A DNA stretch of 63,605 bases, the filler included, from Chrysochromulina tobinii (Eukaryota): assembly GCA_001275005.1 (NCBI GenBank). It is 4 parts of 4 records of this genome, joined end to end, with 100 filler letters (N's around TTAATTAATTAA, not from the genome) between each part and the next. Parts side by side here need not be neighbours in the genome. Positions count along the whole stretch, not along the records: positions 24,921 to 42,188 come from JWZX01001393.1; positions 42,289 to 61,683 come from JWZX01001394.1; 2 more parts are not named here. The stretch is one strand, 5' to 3'. Shown in pieces: positions 39,287 through 51,185 of the stretch. The first letter of the stretch is position 1. Each line of letters begins with the position of its first letter. The notes below the pieces were generated by a model. The model ran no database searches. It was not told where the DNA came from and saw nothing but the letters and a program-made list of their open reading frames with translations. Both the position numbers and the translations under genes were made by a program.

Positions 39287-42188
39287 ATGTCATCTTCGAC
39301 TCTGCGGCTCTACTGCAAGGTGCTCGTCGTCGACCCACCAACCCTGGTCAAGCTGGACGTGGCTCCATCGGCCACGGTGCTCTCCGTGCTGCAGAGGATC
39401 GAATGCGGTGAGCCGGCAGCCAACCTCGCGCTGGTGCACGAAGGCGACGAGCTGCGGACTGATGCCACCCTCGAGGCCAAGGGCATCTCGAACAACGCGA
39501 CGCTGCACGTCATCTGCACGAAGCGGACGCTGCGTCTCCGTGCGCCCTCCGACTCGCCAGCCGCTCATCCGCCAGCGGCGCTCGCACGGCGGCTGCGCCT
39601 CGACGCTGCTCGCAGCCGGCAGGAGTCGCTCGTTGACCTGCAGCGGGCTCGGACGGTAGAGACGATTGTGCCGTCGGCGACGCCCGGCGCCTTGCAGCAG
39701 CGCCTCAACGAGGCGGCGTTCTCCATGTCGGCAGCCGCGGCGGCCGCATCCGACTCGGACTCCGAGGAGGGGGCTGCCGATGACGGAGACGACGAGGACG
39801 AGGACGAGCCGGACGAGGAGTCGGGCGGCGCAGAGGCGGTGCTACCGCGCTGGGCGCGCGGCCGGCCGGACGCGCCACCCAAGCCATGCTTGGCTCCCGA
39901 CTGGACACACGAGAGCGACGAACCTCCCGACGACTGCCTGCGCCTGCAGTGGGCCACCGGGTTCACACCTCATGCCGGCCTCGGGGCTGTGAACGGTAAC
40001 GAGGTCGTGTATGCATGCGGCGCGCTCGGGATAGTACACTCGTCGGCCTCCTCCCTCCAGCAGCACCTGTGCGGCCACCGTGCCGCCGTGCGAGCGCTCA
40101 GCGTGCACCCAGCAGGCCGTCTCGTCGCCACGGCCGCCCCGGCCTCAGCGGACGGCGCGGCCGGTGACGAAGTGCTCATCTGGGACTCGAAGACGGGCGA
40201 GCTCAGTGCCGCCCTCCCCTGCGCAAGCTCGCTCAGCTGCCTCGCCTTCGATAGGTCCGGAGAGACCCTTGCTACCTTGGCCGCACCGCCGGCCGCACAC
40301 CGGTCGTCGTCGTCGTCGTTGTCGTCGTCGTCGTCGGCGGCGGCGGTGGCGGCGGCGGCAAGACCAAAAGGAGCACCACCACCGCCGGCGCCCTCCGATG
40401 CGTATGAGGCCCCGCCGCAGGTGGTGACGCTCTGGCGCTGGCGTGATTCTGAGGTGCTGAGCGTTGTGAGCGTGCGGGATGGGCCGTACCGGTACGCGTT
40501 TTGGCATCGGCCCGTGAGCTCGACGATCTCCGAGCGGCTCGTGCTGATGGCGCCGCGCACGCTCGTACTGCTGACCGCGCCGCGTCTGGACGACGCGTGT
40601 GCATGCACGTACACTCGGCAGGTGAGATGGCCGATGGCCTCCCTGATGGCCTCCTTGATGGCCGCCCTGACGGCCGCCCTGATGACCTCCCTCAAATGCA
40701 TGCATATGCGCCCTCTCGGCAGGGTCGCCCCGATGGCCGCCCTGATGACCTCCCTCAATTGCATGCATATGCGCCCTCTCGGCAGGGTCGCCCCGCCGGC
40801 CGGCTGCGCGCCGCCGCCGCGCTCAGCACCGGCCTCCTCGTGAGCGGCTGTCGTGCCGGTGAGCTCCAGTTATGGAGCGACTCCCAGCTGCTCCGTCGCA
40901 CTCAAGCCCACGAGGGCGCGGTGCGCGCGCTCACGACGGCGCCCGACGGCCAACGGTTCGCCTCGGGCGGCGACGACGGCGCAGTGCTGCTTTGGCACAA
41001 GGACGCGACGCGACTCCGACGCATCGATCTTGCCGCGGCTCTCGGCACACTTCTCGACCCGCTCGGCCGCCCGTTGACGGCGGCGGGCGCCGCGCTGCCG
41101 GCGGTACGCGAGCTCGTGTATCTCGGACTGATCTCCCGCGTATCTCGGGCGATCTCCCCACTCTGAGATCGCCACCGATGGCCACGGATTGCCACCGATT
41201 CGCCACCGATTGCCACCCACGGATCGTCACGCATGGCCCACCGATTGCATCTCTCATCAGGTACGCCAGCTCGTGTGGCTCGGACTGAGCTCGCTGACGG
41301 AGGACGAAGGCGTCGTCGTGGGCACGATGCAGCGTGAGCTCCACTGCATCTCGCTCTCCCGCCCGCACCTGCCGCCAACTCCCCTGCAGCGCCCACACGC
41401 GCCCTCGGGACGGACGCCCGCCGCTCTGGCCGCGCACCCGACTTTGCTGCGCTTCGTCTCGATTGGCGCCGACGACTACGTGCGTCTGTGGCGCATCGAG
41501 GGTGCCGGCCACGACCACACGCAGCTCGTGAGAATGCAAGCACTGCCCCGCCCCGCCGGCTGCGTCTGCTTCGACGCGACGGGTGCGCTTGTGCTCGTGG
41601 GCGAGGCGGCGGCAGCGGGCCATAAGCCGAAACTCCATCTCTTCTCCTCTGACAGACTAATGCACTTGCGGGAGGTGAGTGTTCGAGTGCGCGTCGGCCC
41701 TCGCGGCCGTCCCAAATGCAATCGATTTGGGAGTCCGGGCCGCACCAACAGCAGCAGCAGCGGCGGCGGTGGCGGCGGTGGCAGTCGTGGCGGCGGTGCT
41801 GGCGGCGGCGGCGGTGCTGGCGGCGGTGCTGGCGGCGGCGGTGCTGGCGGCGGCGGCAGCGGCGGCAGCGGCGGCAGCGGCGGCAGCGGCGGCAGCCTTC
41901 GTGCTCCGGCCTTCTCAGTGCTTGACGACGACGAGCTCCTCCCGTCGGCTGCGCAACCGAAGCCGATGGGGCTCATTGAGCGGCGGCGCGCGGCGGCGGA
42001 GCAGCAGGCTCGTGCCGCGGCTGAGCGTCAGGCGCAGGCGGCGGCCGTGGCGCAGGCGGCAGCCGCCGCGAAGGAAGCTGCAGAGCGCGAGCGCGTCGAG
42101 AAGCACGCGGCTAAGGAGCGTGAGAAGCTCGCCAAGGCCGCTGCCAAGGAGGCGGAGCGCCGAGATGAGCGCCTGGCCAAGGAGAAGA
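39287..42188 (+). CDS. Ubiquitin-like + EML/HELP-type WD40 protein; introns 40622-40785 and 41104-41260; truncated by gap
   Basis: Ubl (LDVAPSATV..LVHEGDEL..TLEAKGI..TLHVI), LQWATGF HELP-like motif, GHRAAV..VHP, AHEGAVRAL, FASGGDDGAVLLW. Confidence 0.72.
40622..40785 (+). other. Intron with CCCTGATGGCC repeats and a duplicated acceptor (AG at 40722 and 40785)
   Basis: CAG|GTGAGA donor and a 63-nt tandem duplication spanning CTCTCGGCAG. Removal restores the WD40 frame. Confidence 0.75.
41104..41260 (+). other. Intron, family A acceptor, with 32-nt copy of the next exon
   Basis: GTACGCGAGCTCGTGTATCTCGGACTGATCTC vs exon GTACGCCAGCTCGTGTGGCTCGGACTGAGCTC (28/32). GCCACCGATT repeats. Ends GATTGCATCTCTCATCAG. 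Confidence 0.88.
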
Positions 42189-42288
42189 NNNNNNNNNNNN
42201 NNNNNNNNNNNNNNNNNNNNNNNNNNNNNNNNTTAATTAATTAANNNNNNNNNNNNNNNNNNNNNNNNNNNNNNNNNNNNNNNNNNNN
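42189..42288. other. Assembly linker (N-TTAATTAATTAA-N)
   Basis: 100-bp spacer carrying a six-frame stop sequence. Confidence 0.98.
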
Positions 42289-42407
42289 GCCAGTAGTCAT
42301 GTAAGCGCGCCCCCCCGGGGACGCGCCTGCATGAGCGCCGCTGTACTGTGTGGTCCTGTTTTAAATTCACACACACTCGCGCACACCACGTGCACCCCGT
42401 GATAGCG

Positions 42408-43160
42408 ATGCCCGGTGGCTCAGAGTCAACCACTGCGGCGGTGCGCCGTGCGCTCGAGTTGGGCACGACGGCCGTGCAAGAGGTGCGGACCGCGGCCGCG
42501 GAGGAGCAGCGCAAGGCCCTCGAGGACAACAATCGGCATTGGGAGGAGCGCCTCCGCGCGGAGGAGCTACGGTGGGAGAGTGCGAGCCGCACTGCCCAGG
42601 CTACACTAGGCGAGCGGCTGACGCAGCGCTTTGAGGCGGCAGCTACTGAGCAACTCACCAAGGCGTTGGCTGCCGCAAAGGCTGCGTACGCCAAGGAGGC
42701 GATGGCGGCGCAACGGGCGGCTGTTGACGAGGCAGTCGCGGCGTGCGCCAGGGAAGCGGCCGTTGCACAAATTAAGGCGGTGGAGGCGGAGAGGCGGCGC
42801 TGCATCGCCGAGGCAGAGCAGTCGCCACGTCAGAGGGCACAGGGGGATGCCGCAGAATCGAAGCAGGCCCTCAACGAGACCCAACGGCTCACGAGAGAGC
42901 TCGCCCTGACGGCTGGGCGTGTCGAGGCGGCAGAGGCGCGCGCGGCCATCGAACGGCAGCTGCTCGCTTCGGCCGTCTCGGACGAGGTTGCCACGGCCGT
43001 GCAGCATGCGACGGAGGCAGCGGTGCGTACGACTGTCGCCGAGTGCCAGGAGACGACGCGCCAGCTACTCGTCGAGGCGCGCCGAGTATCCGAGGTGAGG
43101 GAGCGGCAGGTAGTTCTGGACGCCATCGCTGCGATGAGTATGGAGACGCGAGAGATATGA
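42408..43160 (+). CDS. Hypothetical Ala/Glu-rich coiled-coil protein
   Basis: ATG ORF with helical composition. Confidence 0.55.
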   Translation: MPGGSESTTAAVRRALELGTTAVQEVRTAAAEEQRKALEDNNRHWEERLRAEELRWESASRTAQATLGERLTQRFEAAATEQLTKALAAAKAAYAKEAMAAQRAAVDEAVAACAREAAVAQIKAVEAERRRCIAEAEQSPRQRAQGDAAESKQALNETQRLTRELALTAGRVEAAEARAAIERQLLASAVSDEVATAVQHATEAAVRTTVAECQETTRQLLVEARRVSEVRERQVVLDAIAAMSMETREI

Positions 43161-43399
43161 GATCAAGGGGCCTTCCACGCCAAAGGAATCCAAAGCGGGT
43201 ACAACAACAACATCTATTCTCCTCTGCTATCTCGTGGTGTGGAGGAAAAAGAAACCCGGGTAATCGCAGCAGAGCGATGAGCGTGTACGTCCACACGGTA
43301 CAAATACTAGGATCGGTTGGAATTGTGGATAAAAAGATGCAAAAATTACGTTGAATGCAACCGGAACCGCTGCAAACGCCGAAAGCAACACTGACTGTG

Positions 43400-45545
43400 C
43401 TAAGCCGTATCGAGGCTGTCGATGAGGAGCTGCAGAGGCTCGCTCAGTGCTGCGTGCTGCTTGGACACCATTCGGCGAACGTGGCGTTCGATGAAGACCA
43501 GCAGACCATCCCGGAGATCGGAGACTTCTGGATCACGCAGCGGCACCATCGCGGCGCGCTGCTCGGCCGCAGGCGCGGAGAGGAGCTCGATGAGGAAGAC
43601 CTGCCAAAAGAAGATGGCGCGCTCGGGCAGGCCGTGCCACTTGACCACCTTGAGTACGCTCACCGGTACGGCGCCCTTGCACAGCAGCTGCGCGAGCAGC
43701 TTGGCCGTGTTTGCCGCGCGATGGAGCGTGAAGTCGCCGAGCTGCTTGAACGCATCCCAAAAAGCAAAGTTCATCGCGAAGCGCACCTCGCGGAAGGTCT
43801 CACAAAGCCGAGCACCGAGGAGTGAGTAGTACCGGTTGAAGATCCCCTCCTGCCCACAGCAATCGAGGAGCACTCGCACAAGCTCAGGCTGCTGAGCTCG
43901 CTTCAATTTGAGCTTCGTCAGCCGGCCGTGCGCGTCGATGTAGTCGTCCGCGCCCATGATGGCCACAAAGATCTGGCGGCGCACCTCAGTGTTCATCCGC
44001 TGCCCTTCGGCAAGGCGCAATAGACGCGCCTCGACACTCACCACGCCGGCACCGCCACTGGCTGCTCCGCCACGCTCGCGCGCCGACGCCGACGCGCTAC
44101 CACCATCCTCACCTGCGCCGGAGGTGCCACTTGGTGCACGCCCCGCCCACGCTGACCCAACTAGCCACCAGCGCCCACGCTCATCGGCATGCACGAGCTC
44201 ATCCCAGCTCACCTTGAACGGCGGTGGCTCGTGTAGCCCACCTTTGCTCGCGAGTTGCTTGAGCCACTTTTGCAGCCGTCCGAGCGCTCCGTCCGCCGCG
44301 CCCTGCTCCCTCGCGCGCTGCTTGTTGTTCTTGAGGTCCGTGAGCATGCCGATGAACACCTGGGCGCGCGGGCTTGGTCCGGAAGCTGCCGCGGACACTG
44401 TCGCCGTTGCCGCCGCTGCCGCCGCTGCCGCTGCCTTCGCAGTCGCCGTGCTCTTCCCAGCCCCGCTCGCCGCCGTCGATGATGCTGCCGGTGCCGCCTC
44501 GCTCGAAACGGTGCTCGGCACGGCGCTCGGCATGGCGCTCGACACGGCGCTCGGCACGGCGCTCGGTACGGCGCTCGGTACGGCGCGACTCTGGACCTCG
44601 AGGATGATCTGTTTGAGGGCTGCCGGGTCGTCCGCGCGCAGCTGAGGCCCAATCGCTCGGAGCAGCACGATGAGCACCTGTAGCTCTGACTCCGAAAAGC
44701 CGCGCACCAGCCGAGCGACAAGCTCGTACAGCAATGCCGCGTGCACCGCGCCAAAGTTGAACAGATGACCCAGCAGCAGCGCCGCGTTGCAGCATGCATG
44801 CTCCTGCCCGTCGTCCGACGCAACGGCCGCCATGTGGGCGCGCTCAAAGGCAATCACGGTCGCCTCGACAATGGCGCTGAGAACTTGCTGGCCGAGGCGG
44901 AGCGAGAGCGCGCGCACAAGCGCCGCGTTGAGCAGTACAAGGGGTGCCAGGATTTGCGTCTCGCTCAGGCAAGTGCCCAGCATCGTGCGGGCGAAGACAC
45001 GGCCAACGCCACCGACGGAGCCGTGTCCGCCGCCGAAGAGGCTCGCGAGCTCCTCGGAGATTCCGGGCATCGTCTGCTCTGTCAGCTTGTTGAGCAAGCC
45101 ACGAACCTGACGCGCGGTTGCACTGCTCACGCTGTCGTCTGCCGACACCTCCACCGCGCGCCGCGCCGCCGGCGGCACGTACTTCGCACCTGACTCAGCT
45201 GCACGCCTAGCTGCCGGCGGCACGTACTTGGGCGCAGGCGCCGCGGCCGCGGGCGCTGTGGCCGCGGACGTACGCGCGACTGAAGCGGGCTTCACAGCGG
45301 GCTTCACAGCGGCGGCGCCCTCGACGCCTTTGGGCAGCCTGGACGGCAACACGACCTCCTCGCCCTCGCCCTCGTCCTCGTCCTCAAATTCCTCCTCGTC
45401 CTCGTCCTCGCCGTCATCGTCGTCATCGTCGACGACGTCGTCGTCGTCACCAGCCTCGAATGCGTCGAGCGCTGCAAGCGCACCACTTGTGCCATCAGCA
45501 TCATCATCATCCATCTCTTGATCCTCGTCCTCGTCCTCGTCCTCA

Positions 45546-45592
<47 letters not shown>

Positions 45593-46243
45593 CTCCTCCT
45601 CCTCCTCCTCCTCGCCATCGTCCACCTCCTCATCGCCAGCTTCGAAATCGTCCAGCGCGCTCAGCGCCGACTTGGACGCCGTCGACATTTCCAAAAGGTC
45701 GCCCAAGCCATCCTTCTTCATCTCCTTTTGCAGACGTTCCATCGACTTCTGGCCCTTTCCCTTGCGCATACCGAGCTTGCGCTCGAGCGTCTCGATCTCG
45801 TCGTCGAGCGTGTCGCGCGCGGCGCCGCCGCTTTTGTTGATCAAGCCGCGCTCCTGCAGCATAAGCTCAAAGCTGCTTGGCGTATGCTGACGCTTGGCAG
45901 ATTTGGGAGCCTTTGAGAGTGGTGCTTTGCTAAGGTCGTCGTTCTTGCTGCCGGCAGTACTTGGACGCTCGCGCTTTGCGGCGGGAGCTGGCGCTGCAAC
46001 CGGCGGCGGTGGTGGTGGCGGAGGCTCTGGCGCGTGTCGCGTCGCATGTTGCACTCGACTTTGCTTCTTCAACTGCCGATTCTGCTTGCGCTGCTCCTTG
46101 CGCGAGAGACGGCCGCTTCCTTCACGCGGCGCGCTGACAACGCCGTCGGGCAACTCGAGCTCATCGCGCAGGGCTTGCGGGAGCCGAGTGGTCCACGGCA
46201 GCTTCTTCTTCTTGCCAAATTTTCCAGCTCTGGGGCCGCGCAT
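43400..46243 (-). CDS. NOM1: Nucleolar MIF4G/MA3 domain protein (NOM1/Sgd1)
   Basis: KYVPPAARR, VRGLLNKLTE, G.QLRADDPAALK, RGRWWLVGSAW, QRMNTEVRRQIFVAIM.ADDY, CCGQE..FN.YY. Confidence 0.9.
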
Positions 46244-46506
46244 CGCGACGGGCCAAGGTGGACGTGCTCTGACTGCGACCACGTCGCAGGTGTGTGAACT
46301 GGAATCCTGGTGTGGTGTGAGGTACCGGGTACCGGGTATCGCAAATCTATACAGTGGAAAGCAAGTTTTTCCGTGCCGCGAACAGAACGGTGTGAAGACG
46401 CTCCAGACTGGTCATTTACATATATGTGACTTGAAATTGCATGCAAGTGTTCGACGCCACACACGCGACAAGGAACACGAACCAAATCCGCGGTCACGCG
46501 TGATTT

Positions 46507-47373
46507 ATGCCTCGCTTCGCTGTGCTTGTGGCGTCGCTCTCGTTCGCCCAGCGGACGAAGGAAGTTCGAAATGGCGAAATGATAGATCTCACAGGTGGTC
46601 GGAAGCCAGAGACAGAATTTTCACCGGAAGTCATTCGCATGTTCGACGCCATCACGTCGAACAGTCCTGACGTTGTCAATGGGGCACTCGCCGCGCTGCC
46701 TCAGGGCGCAATCGACATTCGTGGACCACGTGGCAATACTCCACTCTTTGAGAGCGTCCTCAAGCACCATGTCCATTCGGTCGGGCTGCTGCTGAAGCGT
46801 GGCGCCAACCCGCGTCTGATCAACGTCGACGGCTACGACGCGCTGGATGCCGCCGCCTTTGGTGGCTGCGCGATGTGCGCGCACGCGCTCATCGAGGCTG
46901 GGCTGGACCCGAAGACTGTGCGCCACGATGGCTTCAACGCGCTCCATCGCGCCATCTGGGGCGACACGCCCCAGCACACCGAGACGGTCAAGGTGATCCT
47001 CGAGGCAGGCGTCTCGCCGAGCATGATTGCCAACATGACTAGCACTCGACCGGACCAACAGAGCGGGCCGGTACCTCCGATCAACATGGTGAACGAGAAT
47101 GAAGCCACCAAGGCGCTGCTCGAGGAGTGGATCCTCAAGGAGGCCAACGGAGAGGTGGGGAAGCCCACCAAGGCGCAGAGCCTGCCGAAGGCGAGCACGA
47201 CGAACGCTCCGCCTTCCAAGAAACGACACCTAGAAAAGGTTGAGCGGTTGGTTCCGAAGAACAAGGGGGCCCGTTTGGATACTAGTTTGGAGACCCCGCG
47301 GGGCAACCAGGCGAAGCCCGACAAAAAGGTGGCGGCAAAGTTCACGGGGAAAGAGCCGAAGGAGGAGTTGTGA
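46507..47373 (+). CDS. Ankyrin-repeat protein with signal peptide and C-terminal KEEL
   Basis: GNTPLF..LLKRGANP, GYDALDAA, GFNALHRA..VILEAG. Ends KEEL. Confidence 0.82.
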   Translation: MPRFAVLVASLSFAQRTKEVRNGEMIDLTGGRKPETEFSPEVIRMFDAITSNSPDVVNGALAALPQGAIDIRGPRGNTPLFESVLKHHVHSVGLLLKRGANPRLINVDGYDALDAAAFGGCAMCAHALIEAGLDPKTVRHDGFNALHRAIWGDTPQHTETVKVILEAGVSPSMIANMTSTRPDQQSGPVPPINMVNENEATKALLEEWILKEANGEVGKPTKAQSLPKASTTNAPPSKKRHLEKVERLVPKNKGARLDTSLETPRGNQAKPDKKVAAKFTGKEPKEEL

Positions 47374-47696
47374 AAGGGGCAGAAGCAAGGCGAGGGCCGC
47401 GGCGGATCAAGGCGGAGGGTCACCACACGCGGTGGCGAATCGTATCATGTCGAGTAAATAAGTTTTTCGTTTTTTGCTTTTTTGGCGCGATGTTTAGGCG
47501 CCGATCGGCCACGCACGAAACTATACGAAATCTCGAAATCTCGAACACTTTAGTTTAGGAATTGAAGGGACATAATCACGTTTCGAGATTTATTGGGACT
47601 TCATCAAACAAACATTCAAGGGCTCGTCATTCCTAATGCATTGATTCATTCGCGGCGTCAAAAACCGAGCATTCGTGTCGCGCAGCCGGATCAAGA

Positions 47697-48620
47697 ATGC
47701 GCCGGACGCTGATCGCACTCGCGGTCGTAGCGCACGTCAGGGCCTTCCACATCCCGTTCGCAGCCACCTCAAGGCGAGCGCTGGCAGCTGAATCGGTGGC
47801 CCCTGCGCGCGCCCCGGTCGCAGCGGTCCAGATGCGCATGCCCAACGCCATGGATGATGGAGTTTTTCAGTTCAACAAGTTTCTCATCGACACAGTGTAT
47901 GATGTGATTTGCCTGATCTACAACAAGAACGACCTGAGTAAGCACAGCATTGAGCAGTGCGCCTCACGCTTCTACGTCCTCGAGACTGTCGCACGGGTTC
48001 CTTACTTCGGGTACCTTTCGGTTATGCACCTGAAGGAGACATTTGGGAATCGCGCAGTCGGCGACAAGGATCGGATGCGTACGCATTATGCTGAGGCGGA
48101 CAACGAACTGCACCACCTGCTGATCATGGAGTCTCTCGGCGGCAACTCGAGCCTCTTTGACCGCACGCTCGCGCAGTCCATGGCGTTCGGGTACTACTGG
48201 TACGTTGTCGGAGTCTACAGCTTTTCGGAGCAAGCGGCCTACCACCTGAGCGAACTGATCGAGGACCACGCGTATAACACGTATGACAAATTTCTCTCGA
48301 CCAACGAGGATACGCTCAGAAAGATGCCCGTGCCCGCCATCGCCCGCAAGTACTACGAGGAGGAGAACCCCTTCATGTTCGACCTATTCTGCACGGTCAA
48401 GGAGGCCAAAGGAGAGCCGTCTAGCCTTGCTTCGCGTCCAAAGCTCGAATCGCTGTACGACGTGTTTGTCAACGTGCGGAATGACGAGCGCGAGCACTGG
48501 AAGACGCTATGTAACCTCGTCCAGTACGAGGACATGCGCGGAGTCGGCCAAGTGGTTTCGTCCACTCGCTCGACACCAAAGGAGCTCGTGGCAGTTGGGG
48601 CCGCAGATAACTCAGCATAG
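47697..48620 (+). CDS. PTOX: Plastid terminal oxidase (alternative oxidase family)
   Basis: RFYVLETVARVPYF, NELHHLLIMESLGG, IEDHAY.TY, RNDEREH. Signal peptide followed by an AF motif. Confidence 0.93.
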   Translation: MRRTLIALAVVAHVRAFHIPFAATSRRALAAESVAPARAPVAAVQMRMPNAMDDGVFQFNKFLIDTVYDVICLIYNKNDLSKHSIEQCASRFYVLETVARVPYFGYLSVMHLKETFGNRAVGDKDRMRTHYAEADNELHHLLIMESLGGNSSLFDRTLAQSMAFGYYWYVVGVYSFSEQAAYHLSELIEDHAYNTYDKFLSTNEDTLRKMPVPAIARKYYEEENPFMFDLFCTVKEAKGEPSSLASRPKLESLYDVFVNVRNDEREHWKTLCNLVQYEDMRGVGQVVSSTRSTPKELVAVGAADNSA

Positions 48621-48925
48621 TCGTGAAATGGATTGGAGCACGCGCATGTACGATGATACGATACTTTGTGTGTTACGCGAGGGGTGGTTATAATCCTCAA
48701 GGGGTCTCGTATAATCCTCCTGACTGTGTGTACTCTCGTCTCCTCCTCGCTCCCGTCCTGCGTCCTGGCTCCTGCTCCTGGTCGCGCCCGCGCGCGGCCC
48801 GGGTTAGGGGTTACGGCACAACCGGTAGGACGGCTAGGACGGGAGTTTAATGGAGAAACCGACGTCAAAGCGGCGCCACAAAAACGAGCGTATTACCGAG
48901 GACATCGCTCACACAACACAAAGCA

Positions 48926-49562
48926 TCAGACAAGCTCCGCTTCCGACGGCTCACCCAGCTCCGGGCGGCGCCTCTTGCTCAGGGTGCTGTAGACATAGAG
49001 CAGCGCCTTGGGCGTGATGCCCGGGATGTCACCCGCGTCCTTAAGGGTGGCCGGCTGCCGTTTGGTCAGCTTCTCCACCTCCTCGGTCGAGAGGCATGGG
49101 ATGGCCGCGTAGTCAAAGTCGCCCGGGATGCGCGCGTGCCCGTTGACGCTGATCCGCTCCACCTCCTTCTCTTGGCGCTCGAGGTACTTGGCGTACTTGA
49201 CTGAGATCTCTACCGATTCGCGCCCGAGCGCGGGCAGCGGCGCGCCCCCTGGCTGCTGGCCCTCCTTCCATCCATGCGGCACCTCCGCCATCGCAAGCTC
49301 GACGGCCTCAAGCGCTGCGTTGGGCACCGATAGGATCTCCTCCGCCGAGCGCTTCTCGCCGCTCGGCTTGACTGCAAAGCCACGCTCAGCCCACTCCTTG
49401 TTCGGGAGTGAGAAGGAGCGAAGGGAGTGCAGCCCCGTCTCGATAGCACTCACCTTGCGCCGGAGCATCTCGTAACGCTCATCGCCCACCAGCCCCGCCT
49501 GCCGACCAAGCTCTGTCAGGCGCGTATCCGCATTGTCCGCGCGCAGCAGCAGCCGATACTCC

Positions 49563-49593
<31 letters not shown>

Positions 49594-51022
49594 GCGTGCC
49601 CCTCCCGACCAGGTCGTCGACGAGAACGCCCAGGTAGCCCTGGTCGCGGCTGATGAGCAGCGGTGGCTTGCCAAGCGCCGCGAGCGCCGCGTTCGCGCCT
49701 GCGACGACGCCGAGCGACGCAGCCTCCTCGTACCCGGTGGTCCCGATGATCTGGCCAGCGAGATGCAGCCCCGCGCACTGACGAACCTCGAGGGCGTGGG
49801 TCAGGCAGCGCGGGTCGACGTAGTCGTACTCGACGTCGTACGCAGGCTGCACGATCCTCGTGTGCTCAAGCCCCGGTATCGACGCGATGATCTGCTGCTG
49901 CACGTCGAGCTCGAAGGCCGAGGAGATTCCGTTGGGGTAGACCAAGCTCGTGTGGCAACTCAACCCCTCCGGCTCGAGCCACACGATGTGCGACTCGCGC
50001 TGCGGGAAGCGCTCGACCTTGGAGAAGAGCGACGGGCAGTAGCGCGGCCCGGCGCCCTTGCCGCCGCCGGACTCATACGCTGGCAGCTTCGCCCTGTTCG
50101 AGCGGACAATGTCGTGCGTCGCTGCAGTGGTGTACGTCTTGTGGCAGGTGATGAGACGGTGTGCCTGCGCGACAGTGCCGCCCTCGTTCATGTACGAAAA
50201 GGGAATGGCCGGATCCTCGCTCGGCTGTGCCTCGAGCTTGCTGTAGTCGATCGTCGCGCCGTCGAGCCGCGCCGGCGTCCCAGTCTTCAGACGACCGAGC
50301 GGCAAGCCAAGCTCATGGAGCGTCGTCGCGAGCGCGGTGGCGGGCGGTTCGATCTCATCAGAGCGCTCGCTGTTCTTGGCACGCGTGAAGCGTCCAGCAG
50401 GTCGGCTCGTGCGTCCGACGTGCACCACGCCGCGCAGGAACGTGCCCGTCGTCAGCACCACGCGCGGCGCGAGCAGCCGCTCGCCATCGCCGGTGACGAT
50501 GCCGCCCACCCTCGACGAGCCGTCCGGCAGTCGCTCGACGATGAGGTCCTCGACGGACGCCTCGTGGACGCGAAGTCCTGGGACGGCAAGAATCGCCTCG
50601 CGCACCGCCGCGCGGTACAATTCGCGGTCCGCCTGCGCGCGCGGGCCCTGAACGGCCGGCCCCTTGCGACGGTTGAGCATGCGGAAGTGGATGCCGCCCT
50701 GGTCGATGGCGCGCCCCATGATGCCGTCCAACGCATCGACCTCGCGGACGAGGTGGCCCTTGCCGATCCCACCGATCGACGGGTTGCACGACATCTCGCC
50801 AATCGTGTCGATGCGCTGCGTCACGAGTACGGTCGCCGCTCCGGCCCGTGCGGCCGCCGCGGCCGCCTCCACGCCCGCGTGGCCGCCTCCGACGACGATG
50901 ACGTCGACGGCGCTGCTGTCGGAGACGTGGCAACGCACGCAAGGGCTGTGTCGGCGAGCTACGTGCGGCGGCTGCTGCGGCAAGAGCAGGAGGCTGGGCA
51001 GGAGGACTGAGCGCAAAACCAT
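48926..51022 (-). CDS. mnmG: tRNA uridine 5-carboxymethylaminomethyl modification enzyme MnmG/GidA/MTO1
   Basis: VIVVGGGHAG, MSCNPSIGGIGKG, RLKTGTP, GPRYCPS, AGQIIGTTGYEEA, EPYRMFTSRAEYRL. Confidence 0.95.
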
Positions 51023-51185
51023 CAGACCAGGTCCGCCCGAGCGCGCAATCTCAAACTTGAGGGCAGTCTCTGATTGCAACGATTCGAGAAGATGACTTGA
51101 GGAACTGAACAGGTAACGGTGGTGATTCACACTTTATGAAAGGTACTGACGAAGTGAAAGGAAACGGCAAAAAACCGACCTGGGA

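Noticed and set aside
12444..51010. Long shadow ORFs (e.g. 12444-14300, 15848-17386, 24992-26311, 49427-51010)
   Set aside because: They are antisense to longer or better-supported ORFs and are expected in GC-rich DNA with few stop codons.
47697..51022. Bacterial origin or contamination suggested by intronless mnmG, PTOX and msrB
   Set aside because: They carry N-terminal targeting extensions and share contigs with clearly eukaryotic genes.
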